Part shown: one piece after another, positions 12,607 through 23,657 of the stretch
Position numbering within the stretch: position 1 is the first letter of the stretch
Layout of the letters: each line of letters begins with the position of its first letter
Origin: Eledone cirrhosa
Taxonomy: Eukaryota
Assembly (NCBI GenBank): GCA_964016885.1
Contig: OZ024764.1
Coordinates: 25,048,001-25,112,000 of the forward strand
Length of the DNA: 64,000 nucleotides
Reading direction: 5' to 3'
Notes under the pieces: model-generated
Told to the model about the DNA's origin: nothing
The model's input: only the letters and a program-made list of their open reading frames with translations
Database searches by the model: none
Position numbers and translations under genes: made by a program

Positions 12607-13886
12607 ATCAATATGTCGTCGGCAAATTCAGCATGCGATTTCTTTTTCGCCTTATCTCTCCTGCTCTGAGCCGGTGTTACAGTAAAGCCAGAGACCTGGT
12701 ATTTCTCCAGTGCAAGGCGCATACAATAGTCCACTACAATGATAAAAAGGTAGGGAGCCAATGTATCTCCCTGGAGAACTCCAGCCAGTATCTCAAAGAA
12801 TTCCATCATCCCATCAGGTGTAATGACTTGGGCTTTGGTGTTGATGTAGAGCAGTGATATCAGGTTCACTATCTTCTTTGGGATTCCATAAGCCTGTAAG
12901 ATCTTCCTCAGGCAGTGACAGTCCACAGAATCAAAGGGCTTCCTAAAGTCAATGAAAACCATGACCGCTGGAAGACACTTTGCTCGAGTTCCCTCTAATA
13001 TCCTCCTCAGCATCAGGATATGACTGGTGGTTGATCTTCCCTCTCCGAAGCCGTTCTGGTTGTCCCTGAGCTTCTTCTCCGTCTCCGGCTGGATCCTGTT
13101 AAGAATCATCCTATTGAGGGTCTTTGCCACATGTGATGTCAGTGAGATCCCTCTGTAGTTGTAATGGAGGCAGAGAATTTGATGCAGGAAGTTGAGACTG
13201 TGTCGATGATTGGGGGGTTGAGAATGAATGAGATTAAGATAAAATATCTGGTAGAGAATGTTGAGAAGCCAGAGGGGATCACTAATGTAGGCGGGAAACC
13301 ACTAGAATTGGTTGAGGACTTCCTGTATTTGGGAGCAAAGATTGGGAATACGGAATATGATGTGGTTGAGAGGAAGAGCAAGACCAGGGTGGCGTGCCAC
13401 AGCTTGAGATTGGTGTGGAAGTCGGACCTTCGTAGAGACCTAAAAATCCGCCTCTTCATTGCTGTAGTGGAGTCTGTGCTGCTGTACAGGTCTGAGACTT
13501 GGACACTGACCAAGAGACTCACTCAGATGGTGGATGGGTGCTAAACGAGAATGCTGAGGATGGCTCTGAACATTAATCAGTATACACTGAGGATGAAAAG
13601 CTCAGAGCTGTATGGGAGCCTCCCAAAAGTCAGCTCAAAAGTGACAGAGAGGAGACTGAGGTTAGCTGGACATGCTCACCGACATCCAGAGTTGACACTG
13701 CACTCAGTGCTCCTGTGGGAGCCCATGCATGGACATACTGGAAGAGGAAGACCGTGGTTAACATTTGTTGATGCCCTATAGACAGACACTCTTCTGTTGG
13801 AGACGCAGGACATGGCAGCGATAATGAGGGAAAGAGACCGCTGGAGAGAACTTGTCCATAAATCTCGGGAATTTTACCCGCCCTAG
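12607..13886 (+). mobile_element. Second copy of the same RTE LINE with a 5' inversion (12607-13153 inverted, 13156-13886 direct)
   Basis: Inverted part matches ~11300-11840; direct part matches ~11862-12584; one premature stop. Confidence 0.9.
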
Positions 13887-13900
13887 ATAGATAGAGATAT

Positions 13901-13953
<53 letters not shown>

Positions 13954-14245
13954 TACATATATGTATATATATTTATATATAAACGGAAAAAATAAAACGA
14001 AATTTCATTTCCCACTCTTAGTACGGCTGTTACTTAAATATAAGTATGTATACGTACATACATATATGTATACAGACGTACAGTAGTATGTATATATATA
14101 TACATACATGCACACATATATATATGTACGTATGGATTCACCAAACATTTATTATAATGCTCGGTGTGTTTGTAAACAAACATCCCGAATTAAGCCGTAG
14201 TGTCTAGCAACCACCGCTGCTCGTTTGTTCAACACTGACAAAGGA

Positions 14246-14288
14246 ATGATGTACTAGTTTCAAGCTTATTAGCTATCGTCAGCAACGT
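14246..14288 (-). ncRNA. Minimal type I hammerhead ribozyme
   Basis: Minus strand: ACGTTG-CTGACGA-T AGCT AATA AGCT T-GAAAC TA GTA-CATCAT. Confidence 0.8.
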
Positions 14289-14505
14289 ATACCTTCCTGC
14301 CAGATAGTTGAACGTCCGAAAGTATATACTTTCCTTATGCATATTAACGGCTGGGAAATGAAATTTCGTTTCATTTTTTCCGTTTATGGTTTTCGGTGCA
14401 CCTGGCCGATTAACCCACTCAATATGCAAATTGGGCTACTCAGCCGTTAATATGCATAAGGAAAGTATATACTTTCGGACCTTCAACTATCTGGCAGGAA
14501 GGTAT

Positions 14506-14548
14506 ACGTTGCTGATGATAGCTAATAAACTTGAAACTAGTACAGCGT
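14506..14548 (+). ncRNA. Minimal type I hammerhead ribozyme
   Basis: ACGTTG-CTGATGA(14512)-T AGCT AATA AACT T-GAAAC TA GTA-CAGCGT; stem I ACGTTG/CAGCGT; predicted cleavage after 14542. Confidence 0.8.
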
Positions 14549-14753
14549 TCCTTTGTCAGTGTTGAACAAACGAGCAACAGTGGTTGCTAGACACTACGGA
14601 TTAATACGGGATGTTTGTTTACAAACAGACCGATCATTATAATAAATGTTTGGTGAATCCATACGTACATATATATATATATATGTGTGCATGTATATAT
14701 ATATATACATACTACTGTACGTCTGTATACATATATGTATGTACGTATACATA

Positions 14754-14834
<81 letters not shown>

Positions 14835-15239
14835 ATATATATCAATATATAGCCCCTGTGGATCCCATCGAAGCCATCACAGTGTTGCCCTACATGCTCG
14901 TTCAAGTTACCTGCAATGAGTATGAGGTTGCTGTTATTTATTTGGGAAGTAGTGTCTATTAAGGACTCATAAAACCTGTTTCTTTAGTACGTCTGGCAGT
15001 CCAGATTGAGGTGTGTATGCAGATATAATTGTCATGGTTGTTCTATTTAGTACAAGTCTAAGTTTAATTATTGTAATTTATTCTGTTTACAGCAATTACT
15101 TTGACTCCCCATTTTTCTGCTACCATATATATATATATTTATACAAACAGTCAAATGGCCTTCACCTCTGTCTGTACTCTGCTCAAATAAGGCACCTATT
15201 GGCATCAATATCCATTTTCCTTTAAATAACAGATGTTAC

Positions 15240-16775
15240 AAGGTATTTAAATATTGCATATCAATCCTTCCAGTGGGTCCTGTTAGAAGTAACTGCCTGT
15301 TAGAAGTAACTGAACAGCTGGATCACGAGGCGTGACCATCAAAGTTCATGGAAGTTATCCAACCATCTTGTTTGGGGTCTACCTCTAGGTCTCCTGCCAG
15401 TTGGTTTGCCTGTAAAATCTGTCCAGCGATTCTTTCCTCAGACTTTCTAACCACATGCCCATAGTATCGGAGCCATGATCTCTCAATTTAGAAAAGTAGA
15501 GGCTCTACCTGGAGTGACTCTCTGATCTCTGAGTTATGCACTTTATCGAGTAACACTACTCCAAAGATCCTTCGGAGGGATCCCATTTCGTGATCATATT
15601 CTTTCAGTCATTACCCAAGATATGTGACCATAGGTAAGGGTTGACACTAAAACTGAATTGAAGAGAGCGAGTTTGGCTTTTACATCTACCTCCCTTCTTC
15701 TGCTTACTGTATGCTAAAGCTGGTGCATTGCTGCACCAGCTTTTGCAATTCTTGCACTTAATTCTGCCTCCATCACTTGTGAACATGGCTCCGAGATAAT
15801 TGAACTTCTCTACCTGCTTCAGTGGAACTCCTCATGTAGAGTGCACTGTGCAGGCTTCCTTGAGAGGACGAGTGTCTCAGTTCCCGCAGCACTGATTTTA
15901 ATTCCAGCCATGCAGCACTCTGCATCAAATCTATCAAGTGCAAGTTGAAGACAATCTTCTGTCGAGTTAAGTAACACCGTGTTGCCTGCAAATTCCAACT
16001 GATTTATTTTACTCCTGCCAGTCATGATACCAGTTCCAACCAGGCTCCACATGTCAATCCTGTTGATGAAAATAATTGTTTCTATTTTAGGCACAAGGCC
16101 AGCAATTACCTAGTACATTACTGGTACTTTATTTTATTGACCCCGTAAGGATGAAAGGCAAAGTTAACCTCGGCGGGATTTGAACTCAGAATGGCAAGGG
16201 CCGTAATTCTATGCGTCGAAGCATGGCGTCCGACCCTCTACCGATACTGCCAATCCACCTGTTAATGAAAATAATGAACAGGTGAAGTGGCAGTACAGAC
16301 CCTTGACACAAATACTCGGACATTTGTATAAAGACATCAGAGCAGCAAGAAGCTGACCATCGATCCCATTCACCTGCAGAACCTTCCACAACAGGACCCA
16401 AGGAATGTGGTCATATGCCTTCTAAAGGTCAACAAAACAAGAATGTACTTCTTGACAATACTCCCACGATTTCTTAAATACCTGCCGCAGTGTGAATATT
16501 TGGTCAGCTGTGCTGCAACTGGGGCGAAAACCACACAGTTCACCAGCTAGCTTGGACTCGACAATTTCCCTGCATCTCTTTGTCAGACACTTAGCAAAGA
16601 CTTTATCAAGGTGATCCCTCTGTAATTGGAACAATTTCTCTTGTCTCCCTTTTTCAAAATCAAGGTCATCACTCCCAATTGCCATTACTTAAGTAACTTT
16701 CCAGAGATCAAGGCCACCTGGCACACTCGAGCCAAATTTCCATCCTTCCCAACGGTTTTGCCATGTTCAAGTCTA
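15240..16775 (-). mobile_element. Degraded RTE-like LINE RT fragment interrupted by a SINE
   Basis: KVFAKCL..RCREIVESKL...CGFRP..STADQIFTLRQV..KSWEY..EVHSCFVDL; many stops. Confidence 0.75.
16072..16260 (-). mobile_element. tRNA-derived SINE (cephalopod-type)
   Basis: Reverse complement of 21445-21630; A-box TGGCAGTATCGG, B-box GTTCAAATCC. Confidence 0.8.
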
Positions 16776-16989
16776 TATTTGGAGCCTAAAAATATCTCTC
16801 CAAAACCACGGGTCGCCTTGCCTGCTGAATATAGTATGTTAACCTTTACCACTGCTGGGTAAACAGTGAAACTGCCTGCCTAACACTTGTTGTACACCAC
16901 TTACCATAATTATTTCTACTGAATCTCATATTTGTTAAGTCTAATGTAGAGATTATAATAATATCAATGACATGCTGTAGCTTATAGTG

Positions 16990-18000
16990 TAGGTTACATT
17001 AGGGTAGGTTACCATAGGGTAGGTTACTGGAGGGTAGAGTACCATATGGTAGGGTACCATATGGTAGGGTAGCATAGGGTACGTTACCATAGGGTAGGTT
17101 ACTGTAGAGTAGGATACCATAAGGTAGGGTAGCATAGGGTAGGTTACCATAGGATGGGTTATCATAGGGTAGGTTACCATAGGGTAGGTTACCCTAGGTT
17201 AGGTTATCATAGGGTAGGTTACCGTAGAGTAGGTTACTGTAGGGTAGGTTACCATAAGGTAGGTTACCATAGGATAGGTTACCATAGGGTAGATTACCGT
17301 AGAGTAGGTTACTGTAGGGTAGGTTACCATAGGGTAGGTTACGATAGGGTAGGTTACTATGGAGTAGGTTACCATGGGATAGGTTACCATAGGATAGGTT
17401 ACCATAGGGTAGATTACCGTAGAGTAGGTTACTGTAGGGTAGGATACCATAGGTTAGGTTACCATAGGGTAGGTTACGATAGGGTAGGTTACTATGGAGT
17501 AGGTTACCATGGGATAGGTTACCATAGGGTAGGTAACCATGGGATAGGTTACCATGGGATAATTTACCATAGGGTAGGTTACCATAGGTTAGCATGGGAT
17601 AGGTTACCATCGGGTAGGTTACCATAGGGTAGGTTACCATATGGTAGGTTACCTTAGGGTAGGTTACCATAGGGTAGGTTACCATATGGTAGGTTACCTT
17701 AGGGTAGGTTACCATAGGGTAAATTACTATAGGGTAGGTTACCATAGGCTAGGTTTCCATAGGATAGGTTACCATAGGGTAGGTTACCATAGGGCAGGTT
17801 ACCATAGGATAGGTTACCATAGGGTAAGTTACTATAGGGTAGGTAACCTTAGGATAGGTTACCATAGGGTAGGTTACCATAGGGCAGGTTACTATAGGGT
17901 AAGTTACCATAGGGTAAGTTACTATAGGGTAGGTAACCTTAGGGTAGGTTACCATAGGGTAGGTTACCATATGTTAGGTGACCATAGGGTACGTTACTAT
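16990..18000 (+). repeat. 15-bp satellite array 1 (TAGGGTAGGTTACCA variants), preceded by the shared left flank from ~16778
   Basis: Direct inspection; flank TTTGGAGCCTAAAAATATCTCTCC... is shared with 50924. Confidence 0.95.
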
Positions 18001-18044
18001 ATATATACATATATATATATAGTTTTTCTCTTTCACTCTCTCTC

Positions 18045-18078
<34 letters not shown>

Positions 18079-18158
18079 TTCTCTAAATATATATATATAT
18101 AAATTAATAAAAATAGTGAATAAAAAACAAAGAAAGAATTCCTTATATTATAAAATTC

Positions 18159-18292
18159 ATCATTTTACGATCGTTTCTAGGATATATATGTGTGTGTTGG
18201 TATGTATATCATATAGATCTATGTAAAACTTTTACAAACTATCAGAGGGAATATACATACCTACACATATATATGCTGTCTTCAGAAATAAG
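18159..18292 (-). ncRNA. Type I hammerhead ribozyme, long stem II
   Basis: Minus strand: TTATTT-CTGAAGA...GAAAC GATC GTA-AAATGAT. Confidence 0.7.
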
Positions 18293-18428
18293 ATTATTTT
18301 TCTGAAGACAGCATATATATGTGTAGGTATGTATATTCCCTCTGATAGTTTGTAAACATTTTACATAGATCTATATGATATACATACCAACACACACATA
18401 TATATCCTAGAAACGATCGTAAAATGAT
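18293..18428 (+). ncRNA. Type I hammerhead ribozyme, long stem II
   Basis: ATTATTTTT-CTGAAGA(18302)-hairpin (ATATATATGTGT/ACACATATATAT; GGTATGTATAT/ATATACATACC)-GAAA(18410)C GATC GTA(18421)-AAATGAT. Confidence 0.72.
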
Positions 18429-18616
18429 GAATTTTTTAATATAAGGAACTCTTTCTTTGTTTTTATTCATTATTTTTATTAATTTATCTTGATTCTGTTT
18501 TCCTGTGTTTTTCATCGAAAAAATGTTGAATATATCTTCTCTTTTTTCATGATATTTGGATTACATTGAGTTCTTCATACGGATTGGACACTACCGTATA
18601 TTTTGGTAGATTTATC

Positions 18617-18672
<56 letters not shown>

Positions 18673-19200
18673 AGTACAGCATATTCGAAGTTTGATCAGC
18701 AGCTAAGCCAACGAATGCTTTCAGCAGTGCAGCCAAGCACTCGACAAGGTATAGACCTCAGAGTAATAACATACAGTTTAAAGGGCTTTGCAAATTGAAA
18801 ATAGCGACAGCTAATTCAGCCACGTGGTCTGTAGCAACGAAAGAACTGACTAGTGAGAAAAGGAAATACACACACACATACAAACACACATATATATATA
18901 CATATAAAAATATACATACATACATATATGCACATATCTGTATATATAACATACCTGGAACGTCACTTGGAAATTACTGAATATCCAAGTGAGGTTTCTG
19001 TAAATCCGAAATCAACAAAATCCGCTTGTGGTGTATACAAGTTAGGTTTCTGGAAGATCGAACTGAGGAATTTACTTTCTCAACAGGCTTTCGTTCTAAC
19101 CCAAAACCTGGTGTGAAGCACATGTTACTCGAAAGGGAGGTAACCCCGGTTTATGGCGGTCAATTTTTGGCGGTCTCTCTCTCTCTCTATATATATATAT

Positions 19201-21400
19201 TCATCATCATCGTTTAACGTCCATCTTCCACGATAGCATCGGTTAGACGGGAGTTGTCCCACTTGAGGCGAGGTTGGTCGGGTGACCGTGTCTCGCTCAT
19301 ATAGGACTATCTGGCAGGTTTTCTACGGCTGGATGCCCTTCCTAACATCAACCACATTTACAGTGTGGAACTGGGAACTTTTTACCGTTACATACACGGC
19401 CACATTACAGACTGGATTGTGTGTTTTGTCGTGACACCTACACGATCTTGATCTCATTATCTCATTTATTTGGACTGGATGTTGTGGTACCAACTTTACA
19501 GAGAGAGGGTGGTGTTGGTGGGAGTGGGAGGATAGGGTAGCGTTAGTGGATTGGGGTGTATATTTGGTTAAGAGGTGCCTACTTACTGTAGGTTTCACTT
19601 TGTACATAGGCAAGGCCGTTCTTCTGTATTACTGCGTAGCGCCAAAGATCTCGGTCCGGTGACATTGTCTTAGAGAGGTGTAAGTGTGTGAGGTCGGAAT
19701 TTATCAGATCATCCCAGGTTTTTCTGGGTTTACCTACTCCGTAACTACCATCAATTTTGATCGCCCTGCACATTTTTATGCAGCTGTCGTCTTTCATGCG
19801 CATCATGTGGCCATACCAACGTAGTCTTCTCTCAAGTAAACAGCATCTGATCCATCTTATTCCTAATTTCTCACTTAGTTCATTTATGCTCTGCCGTTCA
19901 CGTATATTACTATTACACACCTAGCGGAGCATGCATGCTTCGTTCCTCTCCAGTCTACGCAGGTCCACTGCACGTAATGCCCATGTCTCACTGCCATGTA
20001 GCATTGCTGTTCGTATACAGGCATCATACAGCCTGCCTTTCATTTTTAGAGAGAAACCTTTTGTGGCCAACAGCGGTATAAGCTCTCTGAACTTTTTCCA
20101 TCCCGTTCTGACTCTGGCTACTGTACTTTCAGAGCACCCTCCCCCACTGATGATTTCATCACCCAGGTAACGAAACGTGTCTACTATTTAATAGAACCAC
20201 CTGGGCAATAGAAGGAGCTAGTATCCTTAGGACACTTGCTACTTATTGCACCTGAGCATTGGCCACATATAAAGTCTACCTTCTTAGATAGTTTAACTGT
20301 GATCCCACTACATCTTTTATGTACCCATACTTTGCATTTGGGACATAAAATGGAATTTCTGCCTACTCCTTTCCTACACACTGAGCATGGCCATTTCCCT
20401 GAGGGCACATGTGCCCTATTTTCCTTTCTACAAACTAGAACTTTAGTCTTAGACAAGTTAACTTTAAGGCCTTTTGATTCTAGGCCATGGTTCCATGTTT
20501 CGAATTTCTTCTCTAGTTCAGCCATTGATTCAGCTATGAGCGTTAGATCATCTGCGTATAGAAGTTTCCATGGGCAGCCGGTCTTGAACTCCTCTGTTAT
20601 AACCTGAAGGGCAATAATAAATAAGAGGTGGATAAGGACAGAGCCTTGATGAACGCACACTTTTACACTAAATTCTTCACAATATTCATTGTTAATTGTA
20701 ACCTTACTGACTGTTTCATTATACATAGCTTGTATAGCTCTCACAAGTCATTCATCTATACCTAGTTTTCTAAGAGCCCACCAGATAATGGAGCAGGGGA
20801 CTCTGTCAAAAGCTTTCTCCGGGTCTACAAAAGCTAAGTAGAGGGGTTTACTTTTAGCAAGGTACTTCTCTTGTAGTTGTCGTACAAGGAAAAGAGCGTC
20901 TGTGGTACTTTTACCTGACACAAACCCAAACTGCATTTCATCTAGATCAATTCGCTCTCTGATTAGTTGCTCTATAACTCTTTCTGTGACCTTCATGACC
21001 TGTTCAACTATCTTAATGCCTCTATAGTTTCCCCTATCTAGAGCTTCCCCTTTACCCTTGTAGCAGTTAATGAGGATGCTGCTACGCCAGTCATTTGGTA
21101 TGACCCAATTCTATATTACTTGGTTAACTATACGGGTGACCATAGTGTGTCCCACCGATCCAGATGCCTTCAACATCTCAGCACCTATCTCCGAAGGCCC
21201 AGCTGCCTTGCCTGTCTACATATCTTTGATTGCCTTACTTATTATACTACCTTTAACTTGCACCGCTGGTCCTTCTATTGGTTCGATTTGGGGCAGACTA
21301 TCTTTTTCCCATTTATTCTCCTCATTTAATAGTCTCTCGTAGTGACACTTCCAGGCTATCTTCTTATCAGTATCAGTGAGCGCAAGTACACCGTTATCAT
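19201..21400 (-). mobile_element. 5'-truncated RTE-clade LINE with PHD-like Cys/His insert and (GAT)n tail
   Basis: EMQFGF...LQEKYL...AFVD.EKAFDRVP, HQGS, LLYADD, CSVC...C..C..WVHKRC...C..C, RRLRWYGH; the tail reads TCATCATCAT at 19201. Confidence 0.9.
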
Positions 21401-21444
21401 TACATTATATATTATCATATATAATGGGTGGTAAATATATAATG

Positions 21445-21630
21445 GGCGGTGAATTGGCAGTATCGGTAGAGGGTCGGACATGCTTCCCAGCATAGTTACG
21501 TCCCTTCACGATCTAAGTTCAAATCCCGCCGAGGTTAACTTTGCCTTTCATCCTTACGGGGTCGATAAAATAAAGTACCAGTAATGTACTGGTATAATTG
21601 CTGGCCTTGTGCCAAAAGTAGAAAGAATTA
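21445..21630 (+). mobile_element. tRNA-derived SINE (cephalopod-type)
   Basis: A-box TGGCAGTATCGG 21455, B-box GTTCAAATCC 21517, body CTTTGCCTTTCATCCTTACGGGGTCGATAAAATAAAGTACCAG; four copies in the window. Confidence 0.82.
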
Positions 21631-21711
21631 TATATTATCATATATATATATATACAGAGAGAGAGAGAGAGAGAGAGAAAGAGTGTGAGAGAGAAAGAGA
21701 GGAAGTGAGAG

Positions 21712-23262
21712 AGATACATTAAAACAATAACAGAAGGACTGACTGGAGAATTTACTTTAGAATTTTAAGAGAAAAGAGGAAGGTTTCAGACTTCTGGAAT
21801 TCCTTCACGAAAATGTCCAATTTATCTGTAACACAAACTTCAAAAAACGAGACAACCACTTAATAACCTATAGATCAAGTGAGCCCACCAGCTAGATAGA
21901 TTTCATTGTTACCAGAAGACAGAGTGACTGTTATAAACACAAAGTCCGTCCCTAGTGAAGAATGCACCTCCCAACATACCTTGGAAGACAACCTGGAAGA
22001 AAAGAGTAGAGATCAAAATCAAAAGGTCTTAAAGTCAATTTGGTAAAGACTAAAGTTCTAGTAAGTAGAAAGGAAAACAGGGCCCAGATCTCTTCAGGTA
22101 AACTGTCCTGCTCAGTGTGCAGATAAGGAGTAGGTAGAAATTCCATCCTATGTCCCATATAGAAATGATGGGTACACAAAAGATGTAGTGGGATCTCAGG
22201 AAGGCTAACAAAGAAAGTAGCTTCTACATGGGGCCAGTGAACAGGGCAGTAAATAACAAGAGCTCTCGGCTTACAATCTCCTTCAAATGCCCAGAAATTT
22301 CTGTAGAGGTGGTAGATAGTTTCTGTTACCTGGGTGACCAAATCAGCAGTGGAGTAGGGTGGTCCAAAAACTCAGTAACCAGAGTGAGATTAGATTGGAG
22401 AAAGTGCAGGGATCCACTACTACTGCTAAATACAAAACATTTTTCCCTCAAAATGAAGGGCAGATTGTCTGATGCAGGTATACAAACAACAATGTTGCAT
22501 AGCAGCGCGACCTGGGCACTGTCCGCAGAAGATCTGTAAAGCTTGGAAAGAAATGAAGCCTCCATGCTTCAATGGATGTGCTATAGTAATATATGCAAAT
22601 GGCAAAACATAAATGTAGTGTGAGAGAAATTATGCATAAGAGGGATTAGTTGCAGTGTACAGGAGAGGGATTGTTTTGGTATAGACATGTGATGTGTATG
22701 AAGGGTGACAGCTGTATAAAAAGGTGCATAACACACAAAGTTGACAGAAGCCATGGAGTGGGCAGGTCTGGGAAGACTTGGGATGAGGTAAGGAAAGCTG
22801 ACTTTGCACAATTACACCTAGCTAAGGCAATGACACAGGATGTTGACCTCTGGCGCTATGCAGAATTATAGAGGACCTGCCCTCATAAATCCACGAGCTG
22901 AGGCATATATCTAGTATGTAACACCTTCCCCACCATCTTCCCTCCCAAACATCTTAATTGATGTTATCATCCCACCCCTATAACAACATCCACAATCCAC
23001 CAGACATTTTCCCTACCAACACCCCACTCAAGTTCCCAAACCTCACCATAAAGTGGTCCCACTGCAGCCATGACAAACGTGTCCAGTCCACACTGTACAG
23101 TGTTCATGTAGGTGTCCCGACAAAAAGCACCCAGCACACTGTACAAATGTGGTTGGCATTAGAAAGGGCATCCAACCATAAAAACCAAGCTAAAATCAGT
23201 TCCATGTGAGTGAAACATGGTCCTCTGACCTCATCTCCCACAAAGGGACAACCCATCCAACA
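21712..23262 (+). mobile_element. Degraded, internally deleted RTE LINE (copies at ~35725-37275 and ~54006-55545)
   Basis: GLKVNL.KTKV, CSVC.KGVGRNSILC, VDSFCYLGD, KTWDEV; 3' UTR AGGGCATCCA. Confidence 0.8.
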
Positions 23263-23264
23263 CA

Positions 23265-23640
23265 TTGCCATTCCTTAAGTGCCTTTCCAGACATCAAGGC
23301 CACCTGGCACACACAAGTCAGCCAGAGAATACCTTCCTAATTTAAGGCTTTTAACATCTGAAGCCAGATTTCATCTTCCCCAGCAGTTTTACCACATTTG
23401 AGCTCTTTAACTGCTCTTGTGATCTCAGCCTCTGAGAGATTAGTCACCACTCCCAGATACACCTCATCTACATCCAAAAATGCTGTTGTGATCGGGTTTA
23501 GGAGGTCAGCAACATATTCTCTCCACCTTGTGGGGATGCACCTTTCTGAAGATAGGAGAACTCAGGATTCATACTTGATAGCAGGTGTGGAGGAAGGCTT
23601 CATATTACGAAGCCGGCAGATGATCTGCCAGATCATTTGC
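23265..23640 (-). mobile_element. LINE fragment, same family as 15240-16775 (copies at ~37278-37653 and ~55550-55925)
   Basis: RWREYVADLLNP...EAEITRAVKELKCGKTAGEDEI..MLKAL; overlaps 16680-16730 in sequence. Confidence 0.7.
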
Positions 23641-23657
23641 ATATAAGTGTATATATA

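Larger units (their letters stand above)
13981..14760. mobile_element. Fold-back pair of non-coding HHR units (minus arm 13981-14352, plus arm 14353-14760)
   Basis: ~310-bp inverted repeat (14042-14352 vs 14441-14758); each arm carries a minimal HHR; homologous to 45690-46360. Confidence 0.8.
18100..18620. mobile_element. Fold-back pair of HHR-bearing units (centre ~18293), same family as 1840-2190
   Basis: ~190-bp inverted arms 18100-18288 and 18299-18485; the plus arm continues to 18620, then (TA)n. Confidence 0.8.

Noticed and set aside
21445-21530. tRNA gene
   Set aside because: A and B boxes are present but there is no cloverleaf, and it continues into a SINE body repeated four times
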